This document shows, piece after piece, positions 28,339-37,693 of a stretch of 64,000 nt of DNA; position 1 is the stretch's first letter, and the number at the start of each line of letters is the position of its first letter. This DNA is from a virus. The stretch lies in IMG/VR virus record IMGVR_UViG_3300032278_000002, positions 8,682-72,681 of that record; one strand, 5' to 3'. Position numbers and translations under genes: made by a program. The notes under the pieces are model-generated. The model saw only the letters and a list, made by a program, of their open reading frames with translations. It did not search any database and had not been told where the DNA came from.

Positions 28339-31300
28339 GTTTCTTAAGAATCTCGAGAGGGACAACCTCTACCCGTTGGGGCGTGACGCAACCCTGTCCG
28401 ATTGGAAGTCGGGCAGGTTCGTTCGCATGTTCGCTCCAAGTAGTTGGTACTCATCAATGAGGCACCGAATGGATCCCGATGCCGACCACCCAACGGGCCC
28501 GCACCGAGTAGGCGGCCAAGGTATTACGCACTCCAGTAAAGCCTCCCTGCACTTGCCTAGTTGGTTTCATGAATCATACGACCTTAAGTGGAACGCAAAT
28601 GTTTGCGGTAGACCCCTCGCAGTAAGCGAAGGGCAAAACTTCAATACCTCTTGGGGAACGAATGGCAAGAAAGATGTATTCAAGGATGATTTCCATGGTG
28701 TGCTACCCGAAGGCTACTTGTTAATTCCCCACGACTTCTTGATAGGGTCTGAGCCAAGGTGGGAATCTCCCCTGAGCCTGTTCGAATACCCATTCTATGC
28801 ACCGTTCGCCACCCTCACCTCCTTGTTTCATGACTCGGGAGCCAGCATAGTGGACAAGTGGGAGTTGGAAGATGAGTCAAAGGGGTACGAAGTACGCTAT
28901 CAACGGGAGCTTGTATCCAAAATCAATGCCAAGTGGTGGGTCGGCAAAGCCAAGACCTGTCGTCACAAGATTGAATACATACTCAAGTGGTTGCGAGACC
29001 CCACGCTTGACCTCCGCGTGAGGTGGGGAATCACTCCCAGCGATCAATTGAAAACTAGCAAAGAGAGATTCACTTGCACTGACGTGGCGGAATTGTGGAA
29101 TTCCTATGACAATCCGGAAGAACCCTACGCTTTGCGGTATAATCTTAGGAATGACTACGGTCACCAAAGAAAGGATCCAGACCAGACTAGTGGCAAGCAC
29201 CTCGATGGCACCAAGAGCATAATCTACGGACGGAGGTTTGAACTGAACAGCGACCGCGTGCGATTGCGTATCGGGATGATGCCTCGCTTGAAACAGTACA
29301 TTGTCTGCAAGGACACTTATTCACCTGCATTGGCCGCGCCTTGCAAAGAATATAAAACTGATGCAGTCGCCAGTCGCAGGGAGACTGGTTCATGGGACGC
29401 AACGCGCTTCCGTGCTCATCCCAACTACAATGACGCCCAAGACCACCTCTTCACTACTCCCATCAACTTGTTGGGAGTGTTCGGGGAACAGCGCAACTCC
29501 TTGATCAAGGACAACCTTTGCTACAAAGCTCATACGGATTCACACTATCGCAGCCCCAAAAGGTCTTGGTTCTATGTCAATACGCCCGTGCCAGATGCAA
29601 AGAGCGAGCACGGCCGTGTTAGAACAACGCTCGAGCTGGGCTGGACACACATTCGTTCGTTCAACTTGTGTTTCAAGCGGGTTGGGCAGGGACTGTATGA
29701 GTGGAAGGATTTGGGATGGGAACTCCCCGAGGAATCATATGACCCGCCGGGAGCTGAAACCAATACAAAGGCGGACAATCAACTCATGGCCGTTCGGTGG
29801 CTCACCGCACGTATGAACAAGGAGTTGAAGGGACGTTGGTATCTGCGAACAACTGGGCCCGCTTACACAAACCTCCCAATTAAAGGCACGAACAGAAACA
29901 GCACCCATCAACAGATAGCGTGGCTCGGCGAGTGGATCAACATGCTGGAGACGTTGATGGAAACTGACCGCCGAGGCGCCGAGTACTTGGCTCTGATGAT
30001 GAACCAACTAATTGACCCGAAAAGAACAACTGGTTGGGACAGTCCCCGGTATCAATTGAATGCCGAGATGAAATTCATCAAAGGCAGTCACCCCGGTCGC
30101 CTTCGAAAATTGATAAATGACCCCAATATACTGACACCGCCCACGGGCTTGCCCGATTCTGAGAGAGAATCACTACACAAAGCACGCAACGTGTTCTATA
30201 AGTATCTTCCAGCTTTTACCGTCAAAATGTTCAAGAAAGCGAAAAAGGATTACCTCAAGCAGAGGCATCATGAGGATTGTGACCAAGTCTTGACTTGCAA
30301 ATGCCCACCCAACGGAGGCTTGAATATTTCCTACAAGTACTTGAAGCAGTTATATCGCAAGAGATGTAACCTAGCCGTCAAGTGGCACATATCCGACAAC
30401 GACTGTCAAAGTGGAAAAGTATTCAATGCATTGACTGGTTCCCTTGTCGTCCTACTCCCTCGAAACAGGGTATCTCATAAGCAGAGCCGAGACGGACCCA
30501 CGATACTCAATACCATGAACGTTGATTATTCCGGCGGATTCATTGTGTTGTCCAACGGAACCTTGGATTCAATGCACGTGTCCGAAGCTACCGGTCACCA
30601 TCAGCGGGGACAATATCCGGAAGGGGATTCTCCGCCATTCGCAGGGCCCGTGAGGTTCAGATGCACCGTTGATGCGGTAAGGGCTTTCCGCGATCCATAT
30701 GTCAGCGCCTTGTCCTCCAAAGAATTCAAAGGATACCCAGCCACGTACGCATACGACCGCCCCTATTGCGTGGTAAGGAAATCAGAGAGACAATCAACCC
30801 CCGACTGGTTGTTGGTTCGATCCCATGCCAGCGTGACCGAGGTTCGCCCGAAAGAAGAGATAGCTCATGACCTCCGAGTCCATCAAATTACGTACGATAG
30901 GCTCAAGTTGGAACTGGCCAATGGCGTGGATGCCGCCGGCATGCCGCTGAGCAAGCGATCTCGGTTGGATTATGTGAACTGCTACCTCCCTCGGTTGGAG
31001 AATCAACTTAAGTTCCCTCGGGAATTCAACCAACACAGGGTGTCCAAGGGGTTTGACGAACAACTTCAATTAACTAACTCGATAGGTCAGCTTTACCACG
31101 ACCGATCAATTGGACAATTTCCGGTCATGAGTACGGCGTATGCAGTGCTATTTATGCCTGTGGACATGTTCGATGCCTCTCCAATGGAAATATACAACTG
31201 GATGAAAGATTATTGTGACAAGTTGATCACCCGCTCCCTTCGCAGTCGCAGGTATTGCTACGCCAATTGCGTGTGGCAATCACTACATAAGCTACGGTGG

Positions 31301-31522
31301 TGGGCCAAGTCTTTTGGGCTGACTCGGAAATTCAACCGCCAGTTTCCCATGAACAAGTTGGAGAATATATACATGAAACAACTGATTCGGTACCGAGTGA
31401 AAAATTTATGTCCGCTTACTGGGCGGCCAATGAACAGAACAACAAATGTAGATACCTTCCGTGAACGCGAGGGGTATGTACGAAACGTAAAGGAAGAAGA
31501 AATATGGAAATACCAACGCTAA
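28331..31522 (+). CDS. Large hypothetical protein (~1060 aa)
   Basis: Long ORF; GGAGG then GTG at 28331; no motif recognised. Confidence 0.75.
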   Translation: MNKFLKNLERDNLYPLGRDATLSDWKSGRFVRMFAPSSWYSSMRHRMDPDADHPTGPHRVGGQGITHSSKASLHLPSWFHESYDLKWNANVCGRPLAVSEGQNFNTSWGTNGKKDVFKDDFHGVLPEGYLLIPHDFLIGSEPRWESPLSLFEYPFYAPFATLTSLFHDSGASIVDKWELEDESKGYEVRYQRELVSKINAKWWVGKAKTCRHKIEYILKWLRDPTLDLRVRWGITPSDQLKTSKERFTCTDVAELWNSYDNPEEPYALRYNLRNDYGHQRKDPDQTSGKHLDGTKSIIYGRRFELNSDRVRLRIGMMPRLKQYIVCKDTYSPALAAPCKEYKTDAVASRRETGSWDATRFRAHPNYNDAQDHLFTTPINLLGVFGEQRNSLIKDNLCYKAHTDSHYRSPKRSWFYVNTPVPDAKSEHGRVRTTLELGWTHIRSFNLCFKRVGQGLYEWKDLGWELPEESYDPPGAETNTKADNQLMAVRWLTARMNKELKGRWYLRTTGPAYTNLPIKGTNRNSTHQQIAWLGEWINMLETLMETDRRGAEYLALMMNQLIDPKRTTGWDSPRYQLNAEMKFIKGSHPGRLRKLINDPNILTPPTGLPDSERESLHKARNVFYKYLPAFTVKMFKKAKKDYLKQRHHEDCDQVLTCKCPPNGGLNISYKYLKQLYRKRCNLAVKWHISDNDCQSGKVFNALTGSLVVLLPRNRVSHKQSRDGPTILNTMNVDYSGGFIVLSNGTLDSMHVSEATGHHQRGQYPEGDSPPFAGPVRFRCTVDAVRAFRDPYVSALSSKEFKGYPATYAYDRPYCVVRKSERQSTPDWLLVRSHASVTEVRPKEEIAHDLRVHQITYDRLKLELANGVDAAGMPLSKRSRLDYVNCYLPRLENQLKFPREFNQHRVSKGFDEQLQLTNSIGQLYHDRSIGQFPVMSTAYAVLFMPVDMFDASPMEIYNWMKDYCDKLITRSLRSRRYCYANCVWQSLHKLRWWAKSFGLTRKFNRQFPMNKLENIYMKQLIRYRVKNLCPLTGRPMNRTTNVDTFREREGYVRNVKEEEIWKYQR

Positions 31523-32595
31523 CGCCAACCGAGCTAACTCAATGCTTGAAATTGGCTTTCATCAATAATGAGAACACTATTGTCACGGGGGCACCGGGAC
31601 AGGGGAAAACGGCTCTCGTCAAGGACGCCATTCGTGCGGTCGGCTTTGACTCGATATTCGTTCACCTCTGCTGCAGTGACCCGGTGGATGTAAAGGGGAT
31701 GCCACACTTCGACAAGGATCCGGAAACCGGGGACACGGTGCCCAACTTCCTCCCCTTCGGAGACATGCGACGCATGATGTACGCCAAGAGGCCAACGGTG
31801 GTGTTCTTGGACGACTTCGGCACTGCACCGATATCAGTTCAAACCGGATACATGCAAATCGTTCAAGAGAGAAGATTGAATGATTTCCCAATCAGCGAGC
31901 ACATCCGGTTCTGCATTGCCACCAACCGTTCGGACGACAAGGCCGGTGCCAACCAAGGCGTGATCGAAACAATCAAGGGTCGCGCTACCATCTTGCCAAC
32001 ACGCCCGGATGTCGCCGAGTGGTGCAATTATGTCAGCAAGCACGGCGTGGCTGATTACAGCGATGAACCATATGACCCATGCCCGCATGAGTTGTTGGCC
32101 TTCGCCCGCTTCGTCAATTCCAAGGGAACTCCGCTGTTCGAGTTCAAGGCGGAGAAGAACGTGGAACACCAGTGCTGTACTCCAAGGAACTTGTCTAGGA
32201 TGGGCAGGTGGATCAATCGCTACCAAGAAGAAAGCATCGATATGTCTGATATTCCCTTGGCTGTCATCCACGGCACCGTGGGAGATGTGGTCGGTACCAA
32301 ACTGGCCGGGTTCGTCAAGACTATCAGCAAGTTACCTTCGTTCGCCGAGATTATGAAAGATCCTTACGGCACCCGCGTCCCCAACGAACCAAACGAGTGT
32401 TACGCGTTGGTTGGGTTCTTGGCCAACAAGGCTGATCATAAGAACTTCGATGAACTCGTAGACTACGTGCTTCGTTTCTCGCCCGAGTTCCGGATGGTGT
32501 TCCAACAGGACGTGGTCACTAACAACGAGGCGTTGATGCAAGTATCCAAGTACGATGACCTGCTTCAATCCACCAAGGAAGTGGTGCTACCATGA
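31504..32595 (+). CDS. MoxR-like AAA+ ATPase
   Basis: GAPGQGKT, DPVDVKGMP, FLDDF, ATNR, TPR. Confidence 0.9.
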   Translation: MEIPTLTPTELTQCLKLAFINNENTIVTGAPGQGKTALVKDAIRAVGFDSIFVHLCCSDPVDVKGMPHFDKDPETGDTVPNFLPFGDMRRMMYAKRPTVVFLDDFGTAPISVQTGYMQIVQERRLNDFPISEHIRFCIATNRSDDKAGANQGVIETIKGRATILPTRPDVAEWCNYVSKHGVADYSDEPYDPCPHELLAFARFVNSKGTPLFEFKAEKNVEHQCCTPRNLSRMGRWINRYQEESIDMSDIPLAVIHGTVGDVVGTKLAGFVKTISKLPSFAEIMKDPYGTRVPNEPNECYALVGFLANKADHKNFDELVDYVLRFSPEFRMVFQQDVVTNNEALMQVSKYDDLLQSTKEVVLP

Positions 32596-33893
32596 CACGG
32601 ATAAACGTAGCACCAACATCAGCTCCCCTCAGCAAAGAGGACCAGAAAGACCTTATCGACAAGGGCACCCTCCGAATCAGACGCATTCAATGTCGGAAGC
32701 TGGTCATGGAAAAGCCCTTTTGGGCGGCGATCATGTATCAATTGTTGATGTCGGTTCGCATGGGAGAGGGCACTGCTTGGACGGACGGCCGCCGACTGGT
32801 GTTCGATGCTCAATTCATCGACTTGTTGACCGAAGAACAACTACTCGGACTCATCCTACACGAACTAGCTCACGTGGTGTTCATGCACCACCTTCGCCGA
32901 GGACCCCGGGACGGTCAACTCTGGAACATGGCGGCTGATTATTGCATAAATTGGCTGTTGGTTCATGTCGACAGTCAAGTCCTGCCCGATGGGGCTCTTC
33001 TCGAGGATGAGTACAAGGATGACACGGCTGAACAAGCTTACGCCAAGTTGTACAAGAAATATCCGCCGCCGCCGCAGGGGCATGGGAACCCTCCCGGACC
33101 TTGCAATGGTGGGCTGGGAGGTCAGCAACCACCGGGTGTGCCCGGCGTACCTGGCCAAGATTGGGGCGAAGTACGCGATGCGACTGGGGAAGGGGACGTA
33201 AAATTAACCGATTCCCAAAAGAAAGCGGCCGAGCAGCTGATGGCAGTGTCAATTCGACAAGCGATGAACACCGCCAGACGCCAAGGCAAGATGCCGGGTG
33301 GCTTGCGGGAGAAATTCGAGGGGTTACTCAAACCTACCGTTGATTGGAAGAAAATTCTCAACGACTTCTTGTCAGAAAGATTCCCCTTGGATTACAGTTG
33401 GACCACGGTCAATACTCGACGCAGCCTCCCCGACTCCTGCCTCCCGGGCAGGGACGGAATCCAATGGGCACGGGTTGCCGTTGCCATCGACACGTCCGGT
33501 TCCGTGACAGTGGATGAGATCCGGCAAATGTGCTCGGAGATAATGCACTGTCTGGACTGCTATGATTCAAATGGTCAAGGGATGGAAATTGACGTCCTTT
33601 ACTGTGACACTGAGTTACACGGCCATGAAACACTGACGTCCGGCGACATGCCGTACCAAGAAATCAAGGGAGGCGGAGGCGGTACCATGTTCTCTCCAGT
33701 CATGGAGGAGTTCAAGGACCGTCAATACCTCACCGAAGACCCAGCCGCCTTGATCTACATGACGGACGGCTGCTGTGATGATTTCGGGGATGATCCCGAA
33801 ATCCCTGTCCTCTGGATGATGGTCGGGGATTACTATAATAAAACATTCAAACCACCGTTCGGCACTGTTAGCCGGATGGAACTTGCTAACTAG
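32592..33893 (+). CDS. Metallopeptidase-vWA protein (DUF2201-like)
   Basis: TAWTDG, HELAH..H..R, WNMAADYCIN; MIDAS DTSGS, GGGGTMF, MTDG. Confidence 0.9.
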   Translation: MTRINVAPTSAPLSKEDQKDLIDKGTLRIRRIQCRKLVMEKPFWAAIMYQLLMSVRMGEGTAWTDGRRLVFDAQFIDLLTEEQLLGLILHELAHVVFMHHLRRGPRDGQLWNMAADYCINWLLVHVDSQVLPDGALLEDEYKDDTAEQAYAKLYKKYPPPPQGHGNPPGPCNGGLGGQQPPGVPGVPGQDWGEVRDATGEGDVKLTDSQKKAAEQLMAVSIRQAMNTARRQGKMPGGLREKFEGLLKPTVDWKKILNDFLSERFPLDYSWTTVNTRRSLPDSCLPGRDGIQWARVAVAIDTSGSVTVDEIRQMCSEIMHCLDCYDSNGQGMEIDVLYCDTELHGHETLTSGDMPYQEIKGGGGGTMFSPVMEEFKDRQYLTEDPAALIYMTDGCCDDFGDDPEIPVLWMMVGDYYNKTFKPPFGTVSRMELAN

Positions 33894-33903
33894 GAAAGGA
33901 AAA

Positions 33904-34875
33904 ATGACTAAGCTACATATGGCTACTAGCCAAAACGACCCCAGAAATGGGAAAATACTACAAATCGCCAAGCTCAAGGGACTTCGTCCCCACTTCACCA
34001 AGTGGGTCAACGGTATTCTGATTGAGCAGGGCTTCGTTGACTCCGATGGAACGGCTAAGGGCGGATTAGGCCACGCTGTCCGTGGGCCTTTGGTCGGTGA
34101 CGACCGGGTCGAGGAGTTCTACGATAGAGTAATCAATGGATTGGAGGCCGTTGAACCTCTTGCGCCCGGAGATCCCTTGCCCGAGGGACATCCGTTTGCA
34201 ATTCCCCTCGCCGAGTTGATGGCAGGAGAAAAGGAGACGCCTGTGGACCGCACGAGCACAATAGAAAAATACACGGCTGACTCCGAAGAAGTTGAAGCCC
34301 ATTCCAAGAATGATGGCGAGGTTCGAGGCGTTGACAGCAAGGTCGATCCGCTCGATGCCGCTCAACCCTGCCCCGAGCTGGCTTGCCAAGTGGATGAACA
34401 AGTCGGTGACCCAAATCCATTGGCCCACGTAACTGCTGATGAACTCGATGGTTTCCGGGAATTCATGACGGGAGCTAAGGATACTGCCAAGGAAGCGCTC
34501 AAGGAAGTGGTTGTTCTCGGTGAATCCAATATGCTCATGGAGGGGAGACTCTCCGCTTTGGAGCAACAAAACTCCGCTCAACGACTCGACAAGGTCGAAG
34601 ACATACTCGGGAATTGCTCGAATCCGTGTCAAGGTGATCCCGACGAGACTCCAGCTCAGACACTCAATGTGATTGAGGCCCGACTCAGCCAAGCGGAGGT
34701 ATCTCTCCAAGACTTGGGGGACTCTCTCCCCGGGGGAGCTAGCAATCGTGATGGCGCGGACATTGCTGCAATTACCGCAAGCATAACGCACGCCGTGCTT
34801 GATGAAGTAGTCAAGCTGTGTGTTACCCGTAACGATCTTCAAGTTTTACTCAACCTAAATAAGGAAGGCAAATAA
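33904..34875 (+). CDS. Acidic hypothetical protein with coiled coil
   Basis: ~320 aa; AGGA upstream of the ATG. Confidence 0.65.
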   Translation: MTKLHMATSQNDPRNGKILQIAKLKGLRPHFTKWVNGILIEQGFVDSDGTAKGGLGHAVRGPLVGDDRVEEFYDRVINGLEAVEPLAPGDPLPEGHPFAIPLAELMAGEKETPVDRTSTIEKYTADSEEVEAHSKNDGEVRGVDSKVDPLDAAQPCPELACQVDEQVGDPNPLAHVTADELDGFREFMTGAKDTAKEALKEVVVLGESNMLMEGRLSALEQQNSAQRLDKVEDILGNCSNPCQGDPDETPAQTLNVIEARLSQAEVSLQDLGDSLPGGASNRDGADIAAITASITHAVLDEVVKLCVTRNDLQVLLNLNKEGK

Positions 34876-35735
34876 TGACGGATATAAGAAAGAAGGCTCA
34901 ACTAGTGGCGCTGCAAGTCAGCAGCTGGGGTGGGCAGAAAGTCGACAGGAGTGTGTCAATCGCTACCTGTCAATCGCAGAACGCCGATCGCAAGTCGGGA
35001 AGTTTTGTAAAGAAGTTGGTACCTCCCGAGGCTCTTAAGCCTAGGGGGCGTGCCGTCAATGCGCTACGTGAGTTCATCAACCACATAACGCTCCCATGGG
35101 ACAGGGGTCGGCGACTTCTCCCCAACCAATCGTACATGAAGAACCTGCCATCAATCGACAAGCACATACAAACCGTCAATGATTGCACCAACACCTTCTT
35201 GAACGATTACGCTTCTTGGGAGCAGGCGGGGAAAGCTCAGCTCGGCAATATGTACGATCCCGGGGATTACCCATCAATCCCGGACTTGAGGCAACGCTTC
35301 AGTATTGACCTCGAGTTCGAGCCCATACCGAGAAAGGAGCACTTCCTCCTCGATATGCAACAAGCAACGGTCGATGAAATTGCAGCCAAGGCCGAGAAGG
35401 TCGTTTCCAAACGAATGCAAGAAGCTCAACAGTCCGTGTGGACTGGCCTCCTCGAGGTGACGAGCCACTTCGCTGACGTAATGGCCCAACCGGACAAGCG
35501 ATTCAAGTCATCCACTCTCACCAACTTGTTGGACACCTTGGAAGTGGCTCCCTCTCTCAATCTTGAGGATGACCCTGTGCTTAATGACGTGGTAACCGAC
35601 ATTCGCACTTGCCTCAAGGGGCTTGACGCTGATCAACTCCGCAAGAATCCGTTACTTCGCAAGACTGCGGCCAATGCAGGCACGAAAATCGTTGGCGAAA
35701 TAGAACAAATCTTAGAAATGGCAGATGCCGTTTAA
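34875..35735 (+). CDS. DUF3150-like protein
   Basis: LQVSSWGGQKVD, KKLV, TLPWDRG.RLLP, YDPGDYP..LRQRF. Confidence 0.65.
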   Translation: MTDIRKKAQLVALQVSSWGGQKVDRSVSIATCQSQNADRKSGSFVKKLVPPEALKPRGRAVNALREFINHITLPWDRGRRLLPNQSYMKNLPSIDKHIQTVNDCTNTFLNDYASWEQAGKAQLGNMYDPGDYPSIPDLRQRFSIDLEFEPIPRKEHFLLDMQQATVDEIAAKAEKVVSKRMQEAQQSVWTGLLEVTSHFADVMAQPDKRFKSSTLTNLLDTLEVAPSLNLEDDPVLNDVVTDIRTCLKGLDADQLRKNPLLRKTAANAGTKIVGEIEQILEMADAV

Positions 35736-36309
35736 CCTAAAAACCAAAAGAAAGAACAGAATAGTGAAAACAATAGTAGAAAAACCAATAACCGTACGTG
35801 ATCGCGTACGGAATGTAATAGAGAATAACTCAACACTTCCCACGCTGGACGTCATGTCGCAGGAAATGGGAATAAACAAGGCGAACCTATCCAATGAAAT
35901 CTCGGTCATGCGAGGCTTGGGGTGGTCAATTGACATAATTGGCGAGAGGGGCAATCCCCGAGGTTACGTGGTAACTCCTCCTCACACCACATGGACCCCG
36001 GATGAAAAGAGGAGCTCACTAGCTCGGTCAATGGAGCAATCGGGAATATATCGAGCGGAAGATGGAACGTTTCGAGCTGACCAGAAGAAGAAGGCCAAGA
36101 AGAAGCAACACCGGAAAACAAGGCGAGAGCTTGCGGGAAAGCAACTGCAAGAAACAATTGCCCGACGCCGGAACCCGCAGCTCGACATAATACTGCACGT
36201 AACTGACTTGGATGCCAAGCTGACCCGGTACGCCAAATACTTCGTAGTTCTACTGGGGGTGATATCAGTCAGTATCGCCGCCCTCGCAATACACACAATA
36301 ATCAACTGA
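35725..36309 (+). CDS. wHTH protein with C-terminal TM helix
   Basis: PTLDVMSQEMGINKANLSNEISVMRGLGW; hydrophobic C-terminus. Confidence 0.55.
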   Translation: MPFNLKTKRKNRIVKTIVEKPITVRDRVRNVIENNSTLPTLDVMSQEMGINKANLSNEISVMRGLGWSIDIIGERGNPRGYVVTPPHTTWTPDEKRSSLARSMEQSGIYRAEDGTFRADQKKKAKKKQHRKTRRELAGKQLQETIARRRNPQLDIILHVTDLDAKLTRYAKYFVVLLGVISVSIAALAIHTIIN

Positions 36310-36329
36310 TCTGGGAGGATCACATCAAT

Positions 36330-36965
36330 ATGGCTATAAAAACCAACAACGCATTGTCAGCTTTCGGTAAGAAGGCGGCAACTACATCAACGAAAGTCTA
36401 CTCAAAGCTACCGGACCCGGACGGCACTATCTCCAAGATGGTCGACCAACGGGTGGATTGCGCTAGCACCGAGAAGGCCGCTTCCGGCACCAAGAAACAA
36501 ATCGATGGTGTCTTGAAGAACTACGGCCTCGATACTTGGGTGGATAACAACGAGGATAAGGACCTCACCGAGGACACGTTCCAAGCGGACGGCAAGTCCG
36601 GCTCGGTGAAGGTCATATTCACCAGCCGTTATTACGACCTAACCATCGACCGAGAAGATCCGAAGTCAGCCCAACGCCTCAGCGAAATCCAATCACTGTT
36701 GGGCCTATCATACGGACGGTTCGTCACGGAGAAGTTCAAGCTGGACGTGGATGGTTCCGCCATACCGGCCGACCAACAAGAAGACTTCCTCGGCGAGCTC
36801 GCGGAACTTCTCGAGAAGCACGGATCCAACCCGGCGGAAGCTGTCCAAGTGAAGGAGGTGCTGGCCATCAGCAAGAAGTTCCATGGGGAACGACACTCCA
36901 TACTGTCCCAAGAAGAGAACAAGCACTTCCACGACTTGTGGTCCTGTGTAGTGGCGGTAAAGTAA
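36330..36965 (+). CDS. Hypothetical protein
   Basis: 211 aa, GGAGG SD. Confidence 0.7.
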   Translation: MAIKTNNALSAFGKKAATTSTKVYSKLPDPDGTISKMVDQRVDCASTEKAASGTKKQIDGVLKNYGLDTWVDNNEDKDLTEDTFQADGKSGSVKVIFTSRYYDLTIDREDPKSAQRLSEIQSLLGLSYGRFVTEKFKLDVDGSAIPADQQEDFLGELAELLEKHGSNPAEAVQVKEVLAISKKFHGERHSILSQEENKHFHDLWSCVVAVK

Positions 36966-37693
36966 TGCAAGACAACATTCCGGGATTACTACCAACGGAC
37001 CCGGATTCATTACCGTTCTTCCATCAGCGTCCCATGACGGGTGGAAGATTCGAGCAGCAGTTGGGGTTCATCCCCCAGCTGCTTAGCTTGAAGTATAACG
37101 GCTGGATGGCTCTTATCCATCTGACATCCATGAGGATGTTCAACCGACATGGTCAGCCGTTAAGCATCAGTGATGAGTTCGCATCCGTCATCAATACGTT
37201 GAGCAGACACTCGATCCGTATTCCGCACCAGCAATCCGATCCAGCGTGGCTTGTTTGCGAGGCACTCCAACGTCGACATGACATCGGGCGAGGCTCTTTG
37301 TTCGTAATTGACTATTGGGACTGCCTTTCCACTCAGGATCCACATGCTGGGACGCATTGGAAAAACTCAAAGGGACGTTACTCGGCAGGGACCAGCAAAT
37401 CCTCGATGCATGCTCCTCCATTCATAGAGCGGCATGAAAGGCTGAGGACCTTTCTCCCTGTCCATGACTGGAGAGACAAGCCGCGGGAAAACAACGTGTA
37501 TCTCATTGATCAATTCGCGGCCTCGGATGAAAGGGCCACGGATATCTGGGAAGAAATCCCCGAGGTCAATGAACGTTGGGGCTGTGAGTTCTATGAAGGA
37601 TTCGTGGCCACGCAACGCAACAGTCAGCTGAAACCGCAGTACAACTCAAACAACAAATGTAGCCATATTATAAAGTATAGACATGATAACTAA
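36965..37693 (+). CDS. ATP-dependent ligase/capping-enzyme-family nucleotidyltransferase (NTase domain only)
   Basis: Motif I KYNGW, FNRHG, III VCEAL, IIIa FVID, IV EGFV, V IIKYR at the C-terminus; start re-assigned. Confidence 0.65.
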   Translation: MQDNIPGLLPTDPDSLPFFHQRPMTGGRFEQQLGFIPQLLSLKYNGWMALIHLTSMRMFNRHGQPLSISDEFASVINTLSRHSIRIPHQQSDPAWLVCEALQRRHDIGRGSLFVIDYWDCLSTQDPHAGTHWKNSKGRYSAGTSKSSMHAPPFIERHERLRTFLPVHDWRDKPRENNVYLIDQFAASDERATDIWEEIPEVNERWGCEFYEGFVATQRNSQLKPQYNSNNKCSHIIKYRHDN

